DNA of 64,000 nt, from positions 96,001-160,000 of IMG/VR virus record IMGVR_UViG_3300025108_000015, one strand, 5' to 3'. Every line of letters begins with the position of its first letter. Positions within the stretch are counted from its first letter, which is position 1. A program made the translations under genes and the position numbers. Positions 8,351-16,289 of this stretch are shown here, in pieces. The notes below the pieces were generated by a model. The model had not been told where the DNA came from, made no database searches, and saw nothing but the letters and a program-made list of their open reading frames with translations. Source of the stretch: a virus.

Positions 8351-8422
8351 GCGGAAGAGGAGTTAAGAGAAACTCGTTGAACATCCAGTTCAAAGATGGT
8401 GGGGCGGAGCCACCCTTCCGCT
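8351..8422 (+). tRNA. non-canonical tRNA-Gly(UCC)-like RNA, copy 2
   Basis: All four stems are perfect; GCGGAAG/CTTCCGC plus U73; same loop CATCCAG; T-loop GGCGGAG; A8. Confidence 0.85.
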
Positions 8423-8428
8423 CAATAA

Positions 8429-8501
8429 GCGAAAGTAGCTCAGCTGGTAGAGCATCACCTTGCCAAGGTGGGGGTCGCGAGTTCGAATCTCGTCTTTCGC
8501 T
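8429..8501 (+). tRNA. trnG: tRNA-Gly(GCC), canonical
   Basis: GCGAAAG/CTTTCGC plus U73; loop TTGCCAA; TTCGAAT T-loop; D-loop GG. Confidence 0.95.
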
Positions 8502-8513
8502 CTAAGATTCTTA

Positions 8514-8798
8514 ATGAACAAGAAAGAACACATATCTAAACTTTGGAATAAGAAAGACGTATCTGATATAATTCTGATGATGTATACTCTTATAGAAAAT
8601 ACTGATTGGGATGTAACTGAGAAGAAGAAGTCATACGCTGTATTGAAGGGTATAATTGCATACACTGATAGGGGTGATGACTTGTTATCACATCATAGAG
8701 ATTACTTACACAAAGAATGGAGTGATGCTTGGGAAGACCAAATAGATAACTCAGCAAGAGAAGAAATAAAAGAGTGGTTATTAGGACCAGCACTTTAA
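8514..8798 (+). CDS. hypothetical protein
   Basis: Start moved to ATG 8514 because the upstream part of the track ORF overlaps tRNA-Gly. Confidence 0.7.
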   Translation: MNKKEHISKLWNKKDVSDIILMMYTLIENTDWDVTEKKKSYAVLKGIIAYTDRGDDLLSHHRDYLHKEWSDAWEDQIDNSAREEIKEWLLGPAL

Positions 8799-8805
8799 TA
8801 AGAAT

Positions 8806-9240
8806 ATGATACATTGGTTTTATGGACAGCCAGGAAGTGGTAAGACCACACTGGCTAAAGCTATGATAAGTAACTCACCTCAATTGGAGTTTAAGAAACA
8901 CATACATATTGATGGTGATGAAATGAGAACTATCTTTAATAATAAAGATTACTCAAAAGAAGGTAGGTTGAATAACTTACGTAATGTTAATAATATAGCA
9001 AGATTCTTAGAATACAAAGGGTACGATGTATTCGTATCAGTTGTTGCTCCTTACAATGATATACGTGATGAGCTAAGGGATTTAGATATTAATTACTATT
9101 ACGTACATACAACTGAAACGAGGGGTCGTGAAGATTACTTTGCGTCTGATTTTGAATTCAACGACTCTGATATTAAAATTAACACAACAAACAAATCAGT
9201 TACTGAATCATTAAATGAAGTATTCACTATTCATAGGTAG
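8806..9240 (+). CDS. cysC: adenylylsulfate (APS) kinase-like protein, short
   Basis: P-loop GQPGSGKTT, IDGDEMR, RLNN, VSVVAPY. Confidence 0.82.
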   Translation: MIHWFYGQPGSGKTTLAKAMISNSPQLEFKKHIHIDGDEMRTIFNNKDYSKEGRLNNLRNVNNIARFLEYKGYDVFVSVVAPYNDIRDELRDLDINYYYVHTTETRGREDYFASDFEFNDSDIKINTTNKSVTESLNEVFTIHR

Positions 9241-9565
9241 GTGGCAACCATGGCACGAAGGTCATCAATGGTTAATTGACCAAGAGTTAAATAAAGGTAA
9301 TAACGTTTGTCTTGCTATACGAGATGTGGAGGTTGATGAGAATAACCCATGGACCGCTAAACGTATACAAATGAGATTGGGTCACATTCACTACGACTTG
9401 ATAACTCAAGGTAGAATTAAAACTGTTATTATTCCTGACATACAATCGGTTAACTATGGTAGAGGTGTGGGTTATGACATAAATGAACACGTGCCACCAC
9501 AAGAGGTATCCGACATATCAGCTACTAAGATTCGAGAACAAATGAAAAAAGATGGTAAGTTATAA
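9215..9565 (+). CDS. HIGH-family cytidylyltransferase-like nucleotidyltransferase
   Basis: FIGRWQPWHEGH (HxGH) and ISATKIR (KMSKS-like); overlaps cysC by 26 nt. Confidence 0.85.
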   Translation: MKYSLFIGRWQPWHEGHQWLIDQELNKGNNVCLAIRDVEVDENNPWTAKRIQMRLGHIHYDLITQGRIKTVIIPDIQSVNYGRGVGYDINEHVPPQEVSDISATKIREQMKKDGKL

Positions 9566-9951
9566 TGGAATTAATATCAACACATCCAGTTAAGAAATCT
9601 GATTTAGGATTTCATGCTAATCTATTTGGTGGTAAGTTACTTGCTTGGTTAGATGCAGCTGGGGCTGCGTTTGCATCTCAAGTATGTGACACTCCACGAG
9701 TCGTTACTATTAAGATAGACGAGTGTTTATTTAAACGACCAGCACGTGAGGGTCAGTTAATTAAGATATATGGTAGTGTTGCTGAGATAGGGACCACTTC
9801 GGTTACATTGTATATGGAAGCAAGAGCACATAACGTATACTCAGGTAATCAATCAGTTATACTATCTACAAACATAAAATTCGTAAGGGTAGATGAAAAT
9901 GGTGATTCAATACCTATATCGGATAGAGTTCGTGATAAATTTAAAAAATAG
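9565..9951 (+). CDS. acyl-CoA thioesterase (hotdog fold, YciA-like)
   Basis: DLGFHANLFGGKLLAWLDAAG, VAEIGTTS motifs. Confidence 0.9.
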   Translation: MELISTHPVKKSDLGFHANLFGGKLLAWLDAAGAAFASQVCDTPRVVTIKIDECLFKRPAREGQLIKIYGSVAEIGTTSVTLYMEARAHNVYSGNQSVILSTNIKFVRVDENGDSIPISDRVRDKFKK

Positions 9952-9952
9952 A

Positions 9953-9974
9953 TGTTGATAACTTTGTGGATAAC
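9953..9974. promoter_or_regulatory. tandem DnaA-box-like pair
   Basis: TGTTGATAA 9953-61 and TGTGGATAA 9965-73 (the latter is the exact reverse complement of TTATCCACA). Confidence 0.55.
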
Positions 9975-9987
9975 TTAGTATTTATAC

Positions 9988-10122
9988 ATGATGAAAAAAA
10001 CAAAAGACACATTACAAAAAAAAGAGTTTACCATTCAAGAGATATGGCAGGCTATGCGTGGTAATGTACATAAAAGTAAAAAACAATATACGCGTAAGGC
10101 TAAACATAAGAAAAACTTATAG
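9988..10122 (+). CDS. 44-aa basic protein, ArfA/BrfA-like ribosome rescue factor candidate
   Basis: MMKKTKDTLQKKEFTIQEIWQAMRGNVHKSKKQYTRKAKHKKNL; TATTTATA upstream, terminator downstream. Confidence 0.65.
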   Translation: MMKKTKDTLQKKEFTIQEIWQAMRGNVHKSKKQYTRKAKHKKNL

Positions 10123-10135
10123 TTTGCGTTACATC

Positions 10136-10165
10136 GTTAGTGATTTCTAAGTCACTAACTTTCTT
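10136..10165 (+). terminator. intrinsic terminator
   Basis: GTTAGTGATT-tcta-AGTCACTAAC hairpin followed by TTTCTT. Confidence 0.65.
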
Positions 10166-10184
10166 ATTTAGATTCGTTCTAAAT
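10166..10184. promoter_or_regulatory. 19-bp palindrome, Fur-box-like
   Basis: ATTTAGATTCGTTCTAAAT, upstream of promoter CTTG 10206-09 / TATCTTTA 10230-37. Confidence 0.55.
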
Positions 10185-10272
10185 TTAAGATTAATTCAAA
10201 TACTTCTTGGCATTTCGGATTTTTATTCGTATCTTTACATAGTAAAGAGAGATAATTAATAAAGAATAAAAA

Positions 10273-10458
10273 ATGAAAAAATCAATCAACGTAAGTCAAG
10301 AGAATTCAAAAATGTTAGGTGGTAAGTTATATATCACCGGTTTGAAAATGTCAAGATTGGGAGCCAAACTCTCAGAGTCTATCGTCAAGGGTAATACAAT
10401 CAATCACCCTACAATGGGTCTAATGTATGAATACAATGGTCCTTACTCTCGCAAGTAA
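10273..10458 (+). CDS. small hypothetical protein
   Basis: ORF track; has its own promoter. Confidence 0.65.
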   Translation: MKKSINVSQENSKMLGGKLYITGLKMSRLGAKLSESIVKGNTINHPTMGLMYEYNGPYSRK

Positions 10459-10475
10459 AATAGTTTCAGAAAACT

Positions 10476-10531
10476 TTAACAATTTCTTAACATTAGGAAC
10501 TTGTTTATATCGAATATATTCACTACTTTAG
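10476..10531 (+). promoter_or_regulatory. promoter with TTAACA box (site 3)
   Basis: TTAACA 10476-81 and 10487-92; CTTG 10500-03; 20 nt; TACTTTAG 10524-31. Confidence 0.75.
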
Positions 10532-10545
10532 TATAGTAATAAGAA

Positions 10546-12660
10546 ATGAGAAGTATGTCAAAAAATAATCTATCCTATTCATCGTTCTGGCTTGATGAGT
10601 CAATCTTCGATGATACTGAGATTTCTTCAGTAGAAAAGAAGTCAAATGACTTAATGAAGTTAATGTCTTACAAACGTAGTATCGCTAACTTCGTTTCCAT
10701 CGTAACTGGCAAGTCAATTCCTGTGACCTTTGATGGTCGTGGAGACCAATCCTATACTGATGGTACTGAGGTTGTTATATCGGCTAAGTTAGATGATAAA
10801 GAGTTCGACCCTGTTGTTGGTCTGGCTCTCCACGAGGGTTCTCACATCGCACTGACTGACTTTACAACACTTACGGAAATGAATCGTGGTTACCTACCTA
10901 CTACTATTGATAAAGAGTGGATGGCTAATCGTTACCAATGTGAGACTGATGAACTTAGTCACATAGTTAGTAACAATCTAAAATCACTTCTTAACTACGT
11001 TGAAGATAGACGTATTGATAATCACGTTTACACTACGGCGCCTGGCTATCGTGGTTACTACGAGTCTATGTACGATAAGTACTTTCACTCTAAGGTAATT
11101 GACAAAGGTCTTGAGTCTTCTGAGTATCGTACTGAGGATTGGGATTCTTATATGTTCCGTATCATCAACTTGACTAACGAGAATCGTGACCTCGATGCTC
11201 TTAAAGGTCTTCGTGAGATTTGGAATGTACTTAATCTACGTAACATATCACGACTAAAATCATCGTGGGAAGCTATGGATGTGGCTGGTGAGATTCTTAT
11301 GATTGTTGAAAAACAACTTGAGGTTGCCGGTAGTGATACTGGCTCATCGTCTAATGGTGATGGTGAACCACAAGGTGGTGATAGTGAAAATGGTGAGTCA
11401 CCTATGAGTGGTGACACTGAGAATAACCCCACTTCTGATGATGGTATGAGTTCTAATGGAAATGGTGAAACATCACCAAGTGACTCCGATGATGGTTCAG
11501 ATTCAGATGATGAGTCTACACAAGGTGGGTCTCCAAGTGGTGAAGGTAATCCTAATGGGGCTGGTGGTCAATATGAACCACTCTCAGACCGCCAAAAGAA
11601 AATGTTGGATAACGCTATTGAAAAACAAAAAGAGTTTCAAGAAGGTGATGTTAAGAAGAAGAAGATTTCCAAGTCTGACAAGAATAAGATTGACCAATTA
11701 GATAAGGCTGATATCAAGTCTGAGGTTACTGGTAAGGGATTCGCCAAAAGTAATTGGTCGGTTGGTTCCAATGGAGTTCAAACCTACATTATTAACAATT
11801 TAACCCGTGGGTTAATTGATTCGGATATGGTGGGTATGTTGACTAATTCGGAATACAGAACCAGTGGTAGTGATAAGTATATCAAGAAGGGTATTCAGTT
11901 GGGTACTATTCTTGGTAAGAAACTCAAGACTCGTAATGAGGAACGTGTCCTCACTACCCCACGAATGAAGAGTGGTAAGTTGAGTAGTCGTATGATTCAT
12001 GAGATTGGGTTTGGTAACTTCGATATCTTTGAACAAACTTTAATAAGTAACGCTACACCGATTGTATTACATATTTCAATTGACGCGAGTTCATCAATGA
12101 ATGGGTCAAAATGGAATAGTACACAAACCGCTGCTGTGGCTATTGCTAAGGCGGCTTCGATGACTGACAACATTGATGTTGTTATTTCGTACCGAGGTAT
12201 CTACTACTCACCAGGCAATTGGAGTAAGTGTCAACCACTAATGTTGATTGCATATGATAGTCGTAAAGATAAGTTCTCAAAGATTCAACAATTATTTAAA
12301 CACATTCAATCCGATGGTACTACTCCTGAGGGATTGTGTTATGAGGCTGTGATGAATGAGATTACTAAAACCAAATCAGGTGTGGACACATACCTAATAA
12401 ACTTCTCAGATGGTTTTCCTGGTTTTGATAACCAAGAGATTTCTTATGGGGGTCAAGCCGCCAGAAAACATACGGCAGAGCAAGTGTCTAAAATGAGAAA
12501 GGCTGGAGTTAAGGTGTTGTCATATTTCATATCCGAATGGGAGGGGCATGGTACTGATGGGTTTAAACAAATGTATGGAAACGATGCTGAATTTATTGAC
12601 ACCAATAATATGACCCAACTGGCTAAGACCTTAAATAAGAAGTTTGAAGTTGTTATTTAA
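10546..12660 (+). CDS. VWA (MIDAS) protein with N-terminal HExxH metallopeptidase-like domain, CobT-like partner of the AAA ATPase
   Basis: ALHEGSHI; YVEDRRID; Ser/Gly/Asp linker; SIDASSSM MIDAS; GTTPEG; NFSDGFP. Confidence 0.88.
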   Translation: MRSMSKNNLSYSSFWLDESIFDDTEISSVEKKSNDLMKLMSYKRSIANFVSIVTGKSIPVTFDGRGDQSYTDGTEVVISAKLDDKEFDPVVGLALHEGSHIALTDFTTLTEMNRGYLPTTIDKEWMANRYQCETDELSHIVSNNLKSLLNYVEDRRIDNHVYTTAPGYRGYYESMYDKYFHSKVIDKGLESSEYRTEDWDSYMFRIINLTNENRDLDALKGLREIWNVLNLRNISRLKSSWEAMDVAGEILMIVEKQLEVAGSDTGSSSNGDGEPQGGDSENGESPMSGDTENNPTSDDGMSSNGNGETSPSDSDDGSDSDDESTQGGSPSGEGNPNGAGGQYEPLSDRQKKMLDNAIEKQKEFQEGDVKKKKISKSDKNKIDQLDKADIKSEVTGKGFAKSNWSVGSNGVQTYIINNLTRGLIDSDMVGMLTNSEYRTSGSDKYIKKGIQLGTILGKKLKTRNEERVLTTPRMKSGKLSSRMIHEIGFGNFDIFEQTLISNATPIVLHISIDASSSMNGSKWNSTQTAAVAIAKAASMTDNIDVVISYRGIYYSPGNWSKCQPLMLIAYDSRKDKFSKIQQLFKHIQSDGTTPEGLCYEAVMNEITKTKSGVDTYLINFSDGFPGFDNQEISYGGQAARKHTAEQVSKMRKAGVKVLSYFISEWEGHGTDGFKQMYGNDAEFIDTNNMTQLAKTLNKKFEVVI

Positions 12661-12671
12661 TGTTGATAACT

Positions 12672-12727
12672 TTAACATAAACTTAACATTAAAAGTTTGG
12701 ATTTATAAAATAAATGTCGTACTTTAG
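12672..12727 (+). promoter_or_regulatory. promoter with TTAACA box (site 4)
   Basis: TTAACA 12672-77 and 12683-88; TTTG 12696-99; 20 nt; TACTTTAG 12720-27. Confidence 0.78.
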
Positions 12728-12746
12728 TACTGTAAGATTGAGAGAT

Positions 12747-12965
12747 ATGAGAAAGACAATTGAAGTAAAAAAAGTTTTAGATTACGTTAACAACCAACTC
12801 CAACGTACTGATGAGTATTGCGATGATAAGTTCAAAGCAGGTATGTGTACAATGATTGAACGAATGTTGTATGATACCAATCAGTATAATGGGTACACCC
12901 CATTGAATGATGTTAATGTAGGTGAGGTTGGTTATTACAATCGGTTTTATCATATGAAAAGTTAA
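12747..12965 (+). CDS. small hypothetical protein
   Basis: Start moved downstream of the promoter, to ATG 12747. Confidence 0.65.
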   Translation: MRKTIEVKKVLDYVNNQLQRTDEYCDDKFKAGMCTMIERMLYDTNQYNGYTPLNDVNVGEVGYYNRFYHMKS

Positions 12966-13017
12966 CATAAACTTAACATTAAAAGTTTGGAGTTGTGAAC
13001 CTAAATCACTATATTTA
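12962..13017 (+). promoter_or_regulatory. promoter with TTAACA box (site 5); first 30 nt identical to site 4
   Basis: TTAACA 12962-67 and 12973-78; TTTG 12986-89; 20 nt; TATATTTA 13010-17. Confidence 0.78.
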
Positions 13018-13045
13018 CAGAGTAATAATTGAGAAATATAAAAAT

Positions 13046-14311
13046 ATGAAGTCACAAAAATCAGTTTTCGGTAAGATTGTAGAAGTAGACAATCAACTAA
13101 TGTTTCAAGACTCCAATGGAGTTAACTTCCTTATTGAGGAATTAAACGAGAAGGGTTCTTCTCTTTACAAACGTGCCAGAGCGGCCGCCAACAATCCTGC
13201 TAAGTGGGGATGGAAGGTTCGTGTCGTTGGTCGATTGTCCGATGGTGAGTTAGGACACACACGTGTTCCATCATCAAAGGTTGAAGATAACCTTGAGCCT
13301 GTTGGTAACTTCAACAATCCAAATGGTGGGTTGTTATCATTGGAGTATAAACCAAAATCACAATCAACACCAATTTCAGTTGAGATGTCAGATGATGTCC
13401 TCAAGTTTATTCACGAGGAGTCTGAAGGTCTTAAACCTCAGATGTTGTTTATGAATCCTTTGAAGTGGAAACTTCTTATTCGTAACATTATCCGTGGTAA
13501 GAATATTATGATGACTGGTCCAGCCGGTTGTGGTAAGACTATGGCTGCTAAGGCTGCTGCCAATTCAATTGAAGGTTACAACACCTTTGTAATTAACTTG
13601 GGAGCTACCCAAGACCCACGAACCACATTGATTGGGAACACTCAGTTTGAAACCAAGAAAGGTACGGTGTTTAACCCATCACCATTTGTCAAGGCGATAT
13701 CCACTCCAAATACCGTGGTTGTTCTTGATGAGTTGACTCGGGCCCATCCTGAGGCTCACAACATTCTAATGACCGTACTTGACCAAGGTCAACGTTACTT
13801 ACGTCTCGATGAGGCTGCTGACGCTCCTGTTGTTAAGGTCGCCGATGGTGTTTCGTTCATCGCCTCTGCTAACATTGGTAATGAGTACACCGCTACACGT
13901 TCTCTTGACCGGGCAATTCTTGACCGATTCATTCCAATTGAAATGGATACTTTGACTCGTGATGAGGAAACTCAACTACTTCAAATGATGTACCCATCGG
14001 TTGATATTGAGATTCTAAATAATGTTGCTGAGGTGACTTCCATGACTCGTAACGAGTTGATGTCTGAGTCTCCAAAGTTATCTAACGCACTATCTACACG
14101 GACCGCAGTTGAGATTGGGTCTCTACTCTACGATGGGTTCTCACTAAGTGAGGCTGCAGAGTTGGCTGTTTATCCAATGTTCGACCAAAGTGGTGGGGCT
14201 GAATCTGAAAGAGTTTATATGAAACAATATGTTCAGAAGTTCTTAGGTGAGATTCCTCAAGATGATAACTTGTTCAATGTTGAAACCGAAGATATTTCTA
14301 ATCCGTTTTAA
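13046..14311 (+). CDS. MoxR/CobS-like AAA+ ATPase
   Basis: Walker A GPAGCGKT; Walker B VVLDELTRA; LDRF arginine finger; start ATG 13046. Confidence 0.92.
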   Translation: MKSQKSVFGKIVEVDNQLMFQDSNGVNFLIEELNEKGSSLYKRARAAANNPAKWGWKVRVVGRLSDGELGHTRVPSSKVEDNLEPVGNFNNPNGGLLSLEYKPKSQSTPISVEMSDDVLKFIHEESEGLKPQMLFMNPLKWKLLIRNIIRGKNIMMTGPAGCGKTMAAKAAANSIEGYNTFVINLGATQDPRTTLIGNTQFETKKGTVFNPSPFVKAISTPNTVVVLDELTRAHPEAHNILMTVLDQGQRYLRLDEAADAPVVKVADGVSFIASANIGNEYTATRSLDRAILDRFIPIEMDTLTRDEETQLLQMMYPSVDIEILNNVAEVTSMTRNELMSESPKLSNALSTRTAVEIGSLLYDGFSLSEAAELAVYPMFDQSGGAESERVYMKQYVQKFLGEIPQDDNLFNVETEDISNPF

Positions 14312-14313
14312 TC

Positions 14314-14727
14314 ATGGGATATAATCCGTTCAGATGGTATACTAAAGGAAAGAAAAAGCGTTTACCCATTAACGCTCACTTGTTTGACAAGATTAAGAAT
14401 GGGGACTTCAATTATTCTCACTATTACACGGAAGCGGAGAGTGCTCGTAAAGAGTACTCTTCCATCTTCCAAAAGACAATGGATGAGACCGGCGACTACG
14501 CTATGGCTAGAACGGCTGCTAAGATGAAAAACGTAAAGGCCTTGAAACTTGACGAAGAAGCGTTTAAGGATGAACAAAAGTTATTACGTGATTTGAAGAT
14601 TGAATTAAGAGAGAAGTTTGGATTTTGTTTGTGGGATGAGATGATGAGTAAAAAAGCAATGGACCTTGAGGAGTTGTATAATTACTATTGTCACGAACAA
14701 ATGAGACGAAATGGTTTGGATGTTTAA
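14314..14727 (+). CDS. hypothetical protein
   Basis: ORF track. Confidence 0.7.
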   Translation: MGYNPFRWYTKGKKKRLPINAHLFDKIKNGDFNYSHYYTEAESARKEYSSIFQKTMDETGDYAMARTAAKMKNVKALKLDEEAFKDEQKLLRDLKIELREKFGFCLWDEMMSKKAMDLEELYNYYCHEQMRRNGLDV

Positions 14728-14746
14728 TATTTTTTTTGTATATTTG
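14715..14746 (+). promoter_or_regulatory. Bacteroidota consensus promoter
   Basis: TTTG 14715-18; 20 nt; TATATTTG 14739-46 (perfect TAnnTTTG). Confidence 0.75.
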
Positions 14747-14751
14747 TATAT

Positions 14752-15078
14752 ATGATTTACGACCCTAATAATGAATTAACCGAAGAAGAGATAACTCAAT
14801 TGAGTGAAGATGCATTCTTCGAGTATTTAGATACCAAAGCAGAGTATCTTAAAACAAAGACACGACCATTGGGTCAGTATCATACTAAGATGTATGCAGC
14901 ATTAAGTAAAGGTGATAAGTTGACAACTAAGGAGTTGAAGAGAGCAAAAGAAATTGGTCAGTTAGGTGACAATGAAGTTAACGAAAAGATTGCTGAGGCC
15001 GCTTCTAAATTGGGTGGCGACCCTAAGTATAACAACGTTGATAACGTAAAGACTAATAGGTCAGAGTGGTTTGATTAG
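14752..15078 (+). CDS. hypothetical protein
   Basis: ORF track. Confidence 0.7.
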   Translation: MIYDPNNELTEEEITQLSEDAFFEYLDTKAEYLKTKTRPLGQYHTKMYAALSKGDKLTTKELKRAKEIGQLGDNEVNEKIAEAASKLGGDPKYNNVDNVKTNRSEWFD

Positions 15079-15253
15079 TATGGGATTTAATAAAAAAACA
15101 TTACCAAGTAAGGAAAAACTTCAGAGTATGGTTTATGACTATGGAACTGAAGAGGTTGTACTTAGATATAAAAACGCAGATATGTTAATGGGTAATTCCG
15201 ATGCTATGGCGTATTTACAAACTATAATAAGAGAGTATGAATTGGGAAGATAA
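15071..15253 (+). CDS. small hypothetical protein
   Basis: ORF track; the true start may be the second Met. Confidence 0.6.
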   Translation: MISMGFNKKTLPSKEKLQSMVYDYGTEEVVLRYKNADMLMGNSDAMAYLQTIIREYELGR

Positions 15254-15866
15254 AGACGAGTTCGAAGATATGTTTTCCGAAGTTAGAAAGCAACTATATA
15301 AAGATGATTTTTTTCATTTAATGAATATTGAACACATTGAGAAGTTCCTTGAGTATTTAAGAGATGACTTGTCCAATTCCAATGACGATGACTTATTGTC
15401 CGATGTTCTTATGAAAACTTTTAGGACATATGAAATGTGGGAGACTGATAACGCATTATCTGAATTATCAGACAAGGGGTTGGTACGGATGGTATTACGT
15501 GCGGATGGTAAGTTGGCTTACGAAGCAACTGACGATGGTGTAGAACTCAATGACTATATTCAATCTATGGCAAGTCATATGGATTATAGAGAAGATAATC
15601 AAACAGACTATATTATGGATTTAAAATATTCACCTGAAATATTTAGAGTAACTGGTGCTGATGATGCATTAAAATTTGTTGACCATGGAGATAACTTTGA
15701 GTTCATTGTTATCCCCGCTGGAAGACAACACGATGGTGAAGAGTTCGTTGAATTCTATCATACAATTTTCACTCATTATAATGATCCTGGCCCTAATGGT
15801 CAGTATGAGTTAGTAGACGAGGTTCAGCTCTACGATATGTTAAACAATAATTATAATCAATATTAA
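15237..15866 (+). CDS. acidic hypothetical protein
   Basis: ORF track. Confidence 0.75.
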   Translation: MNWEDKDEFEDMFSEVRKQLYKDDFFHLMNIEHIEKFLEYLRDDLSNSNDDDLLSDVLMKTFRTYEMWETDNALSELSDKGLVRMVLRADGKLAYEATDDGVELNDYIQSMASHMDYREDNQTDYIMDLKYSPEIFRVTGADDALKFVDHGDNFEFIVIPAGRQHDGEEFVEFYHTIFTHYNDPGPNGQYELVDEVQLYDMLNNNYNQY

Positions 15867-15879
15867 ATAAAAGTAAATT

Positions 15880-16080
15880 ATGAGTTATTACATTGCAAAA
15901 GTAAAGGTTCATCATGAAGATGACAAAGGAAGAGTTAAAAAAGTAACTGAACAATATTTAGTTCAAGCCATATCTGTAACGGATGCTGAAACTAAGGTTG
16001 TTGCTGAATTCGAAGGAAGTAATTTAGAGTTCGAGGTAACTGCTGTCGTTGACACTAAAATTATCAGTGTTATACAATGA
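15880..16080 (+). CDS. DUF4494-like protein (Bacteroidota-associated family)
   Basis: YIAKVK...KKVTEQYLVQAISVTDAETKV pattern. Confidence 0.7.
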   Translation: MSYYIAKVKVHHEDDKGRVKKVTEQYLVQAISVTDAETKVVAEFEGSNLEFEVTAVVDTKIISVIQ

Positions 16081-16289
16081 TATACTCAGTAGGTGATAAT
16101 GTAGTAGTAAACGTGAACGGCACTAACCGAGTTGGTGCCGTCACGATTGCTAAAAAGCTTAAAAAGGGGTGGGTCTATTCAGTACATTTGGAAAATGGAA
16201 AGACGCTTGAATCATGTTCGGTTAACAAAGAGTTGACAACGTATCACATAAGTCGTACACTTACAAAGATATTTAATAATGGTAATTGA
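16077..16289 (+). CDS. small SH3/KOW-like hypothetical protein
   Basis: YSVGDNVVV...GAV...VYSVHLE beta pattern. Confidence 0.55.
   Translation: MIYSVGDNVVVNVNGTNRVGAVTIAKKLKKGWVYSVHLENGKTLESCSVNKELTTYHISRTLTKIFNNGN

Noticed and set aside
8067-8665. Track ORFs 8067-8252 and 8390-8665, and the first 18 codons of 8460-8798
   Set aside because: They overlap tRNA genes.
10166-10184. Palindrome as a Xer dif site
   Set aside because: Only 19 bp; lacks the 11-6-11 layout and the TTATGTTAAAT arm.
12672-12991. 30-nt direct repeat as a CRISPR array
   Set aside because: Only two copies, 290 nt apart, flanking a gene; each is a promoter. No cas genes.
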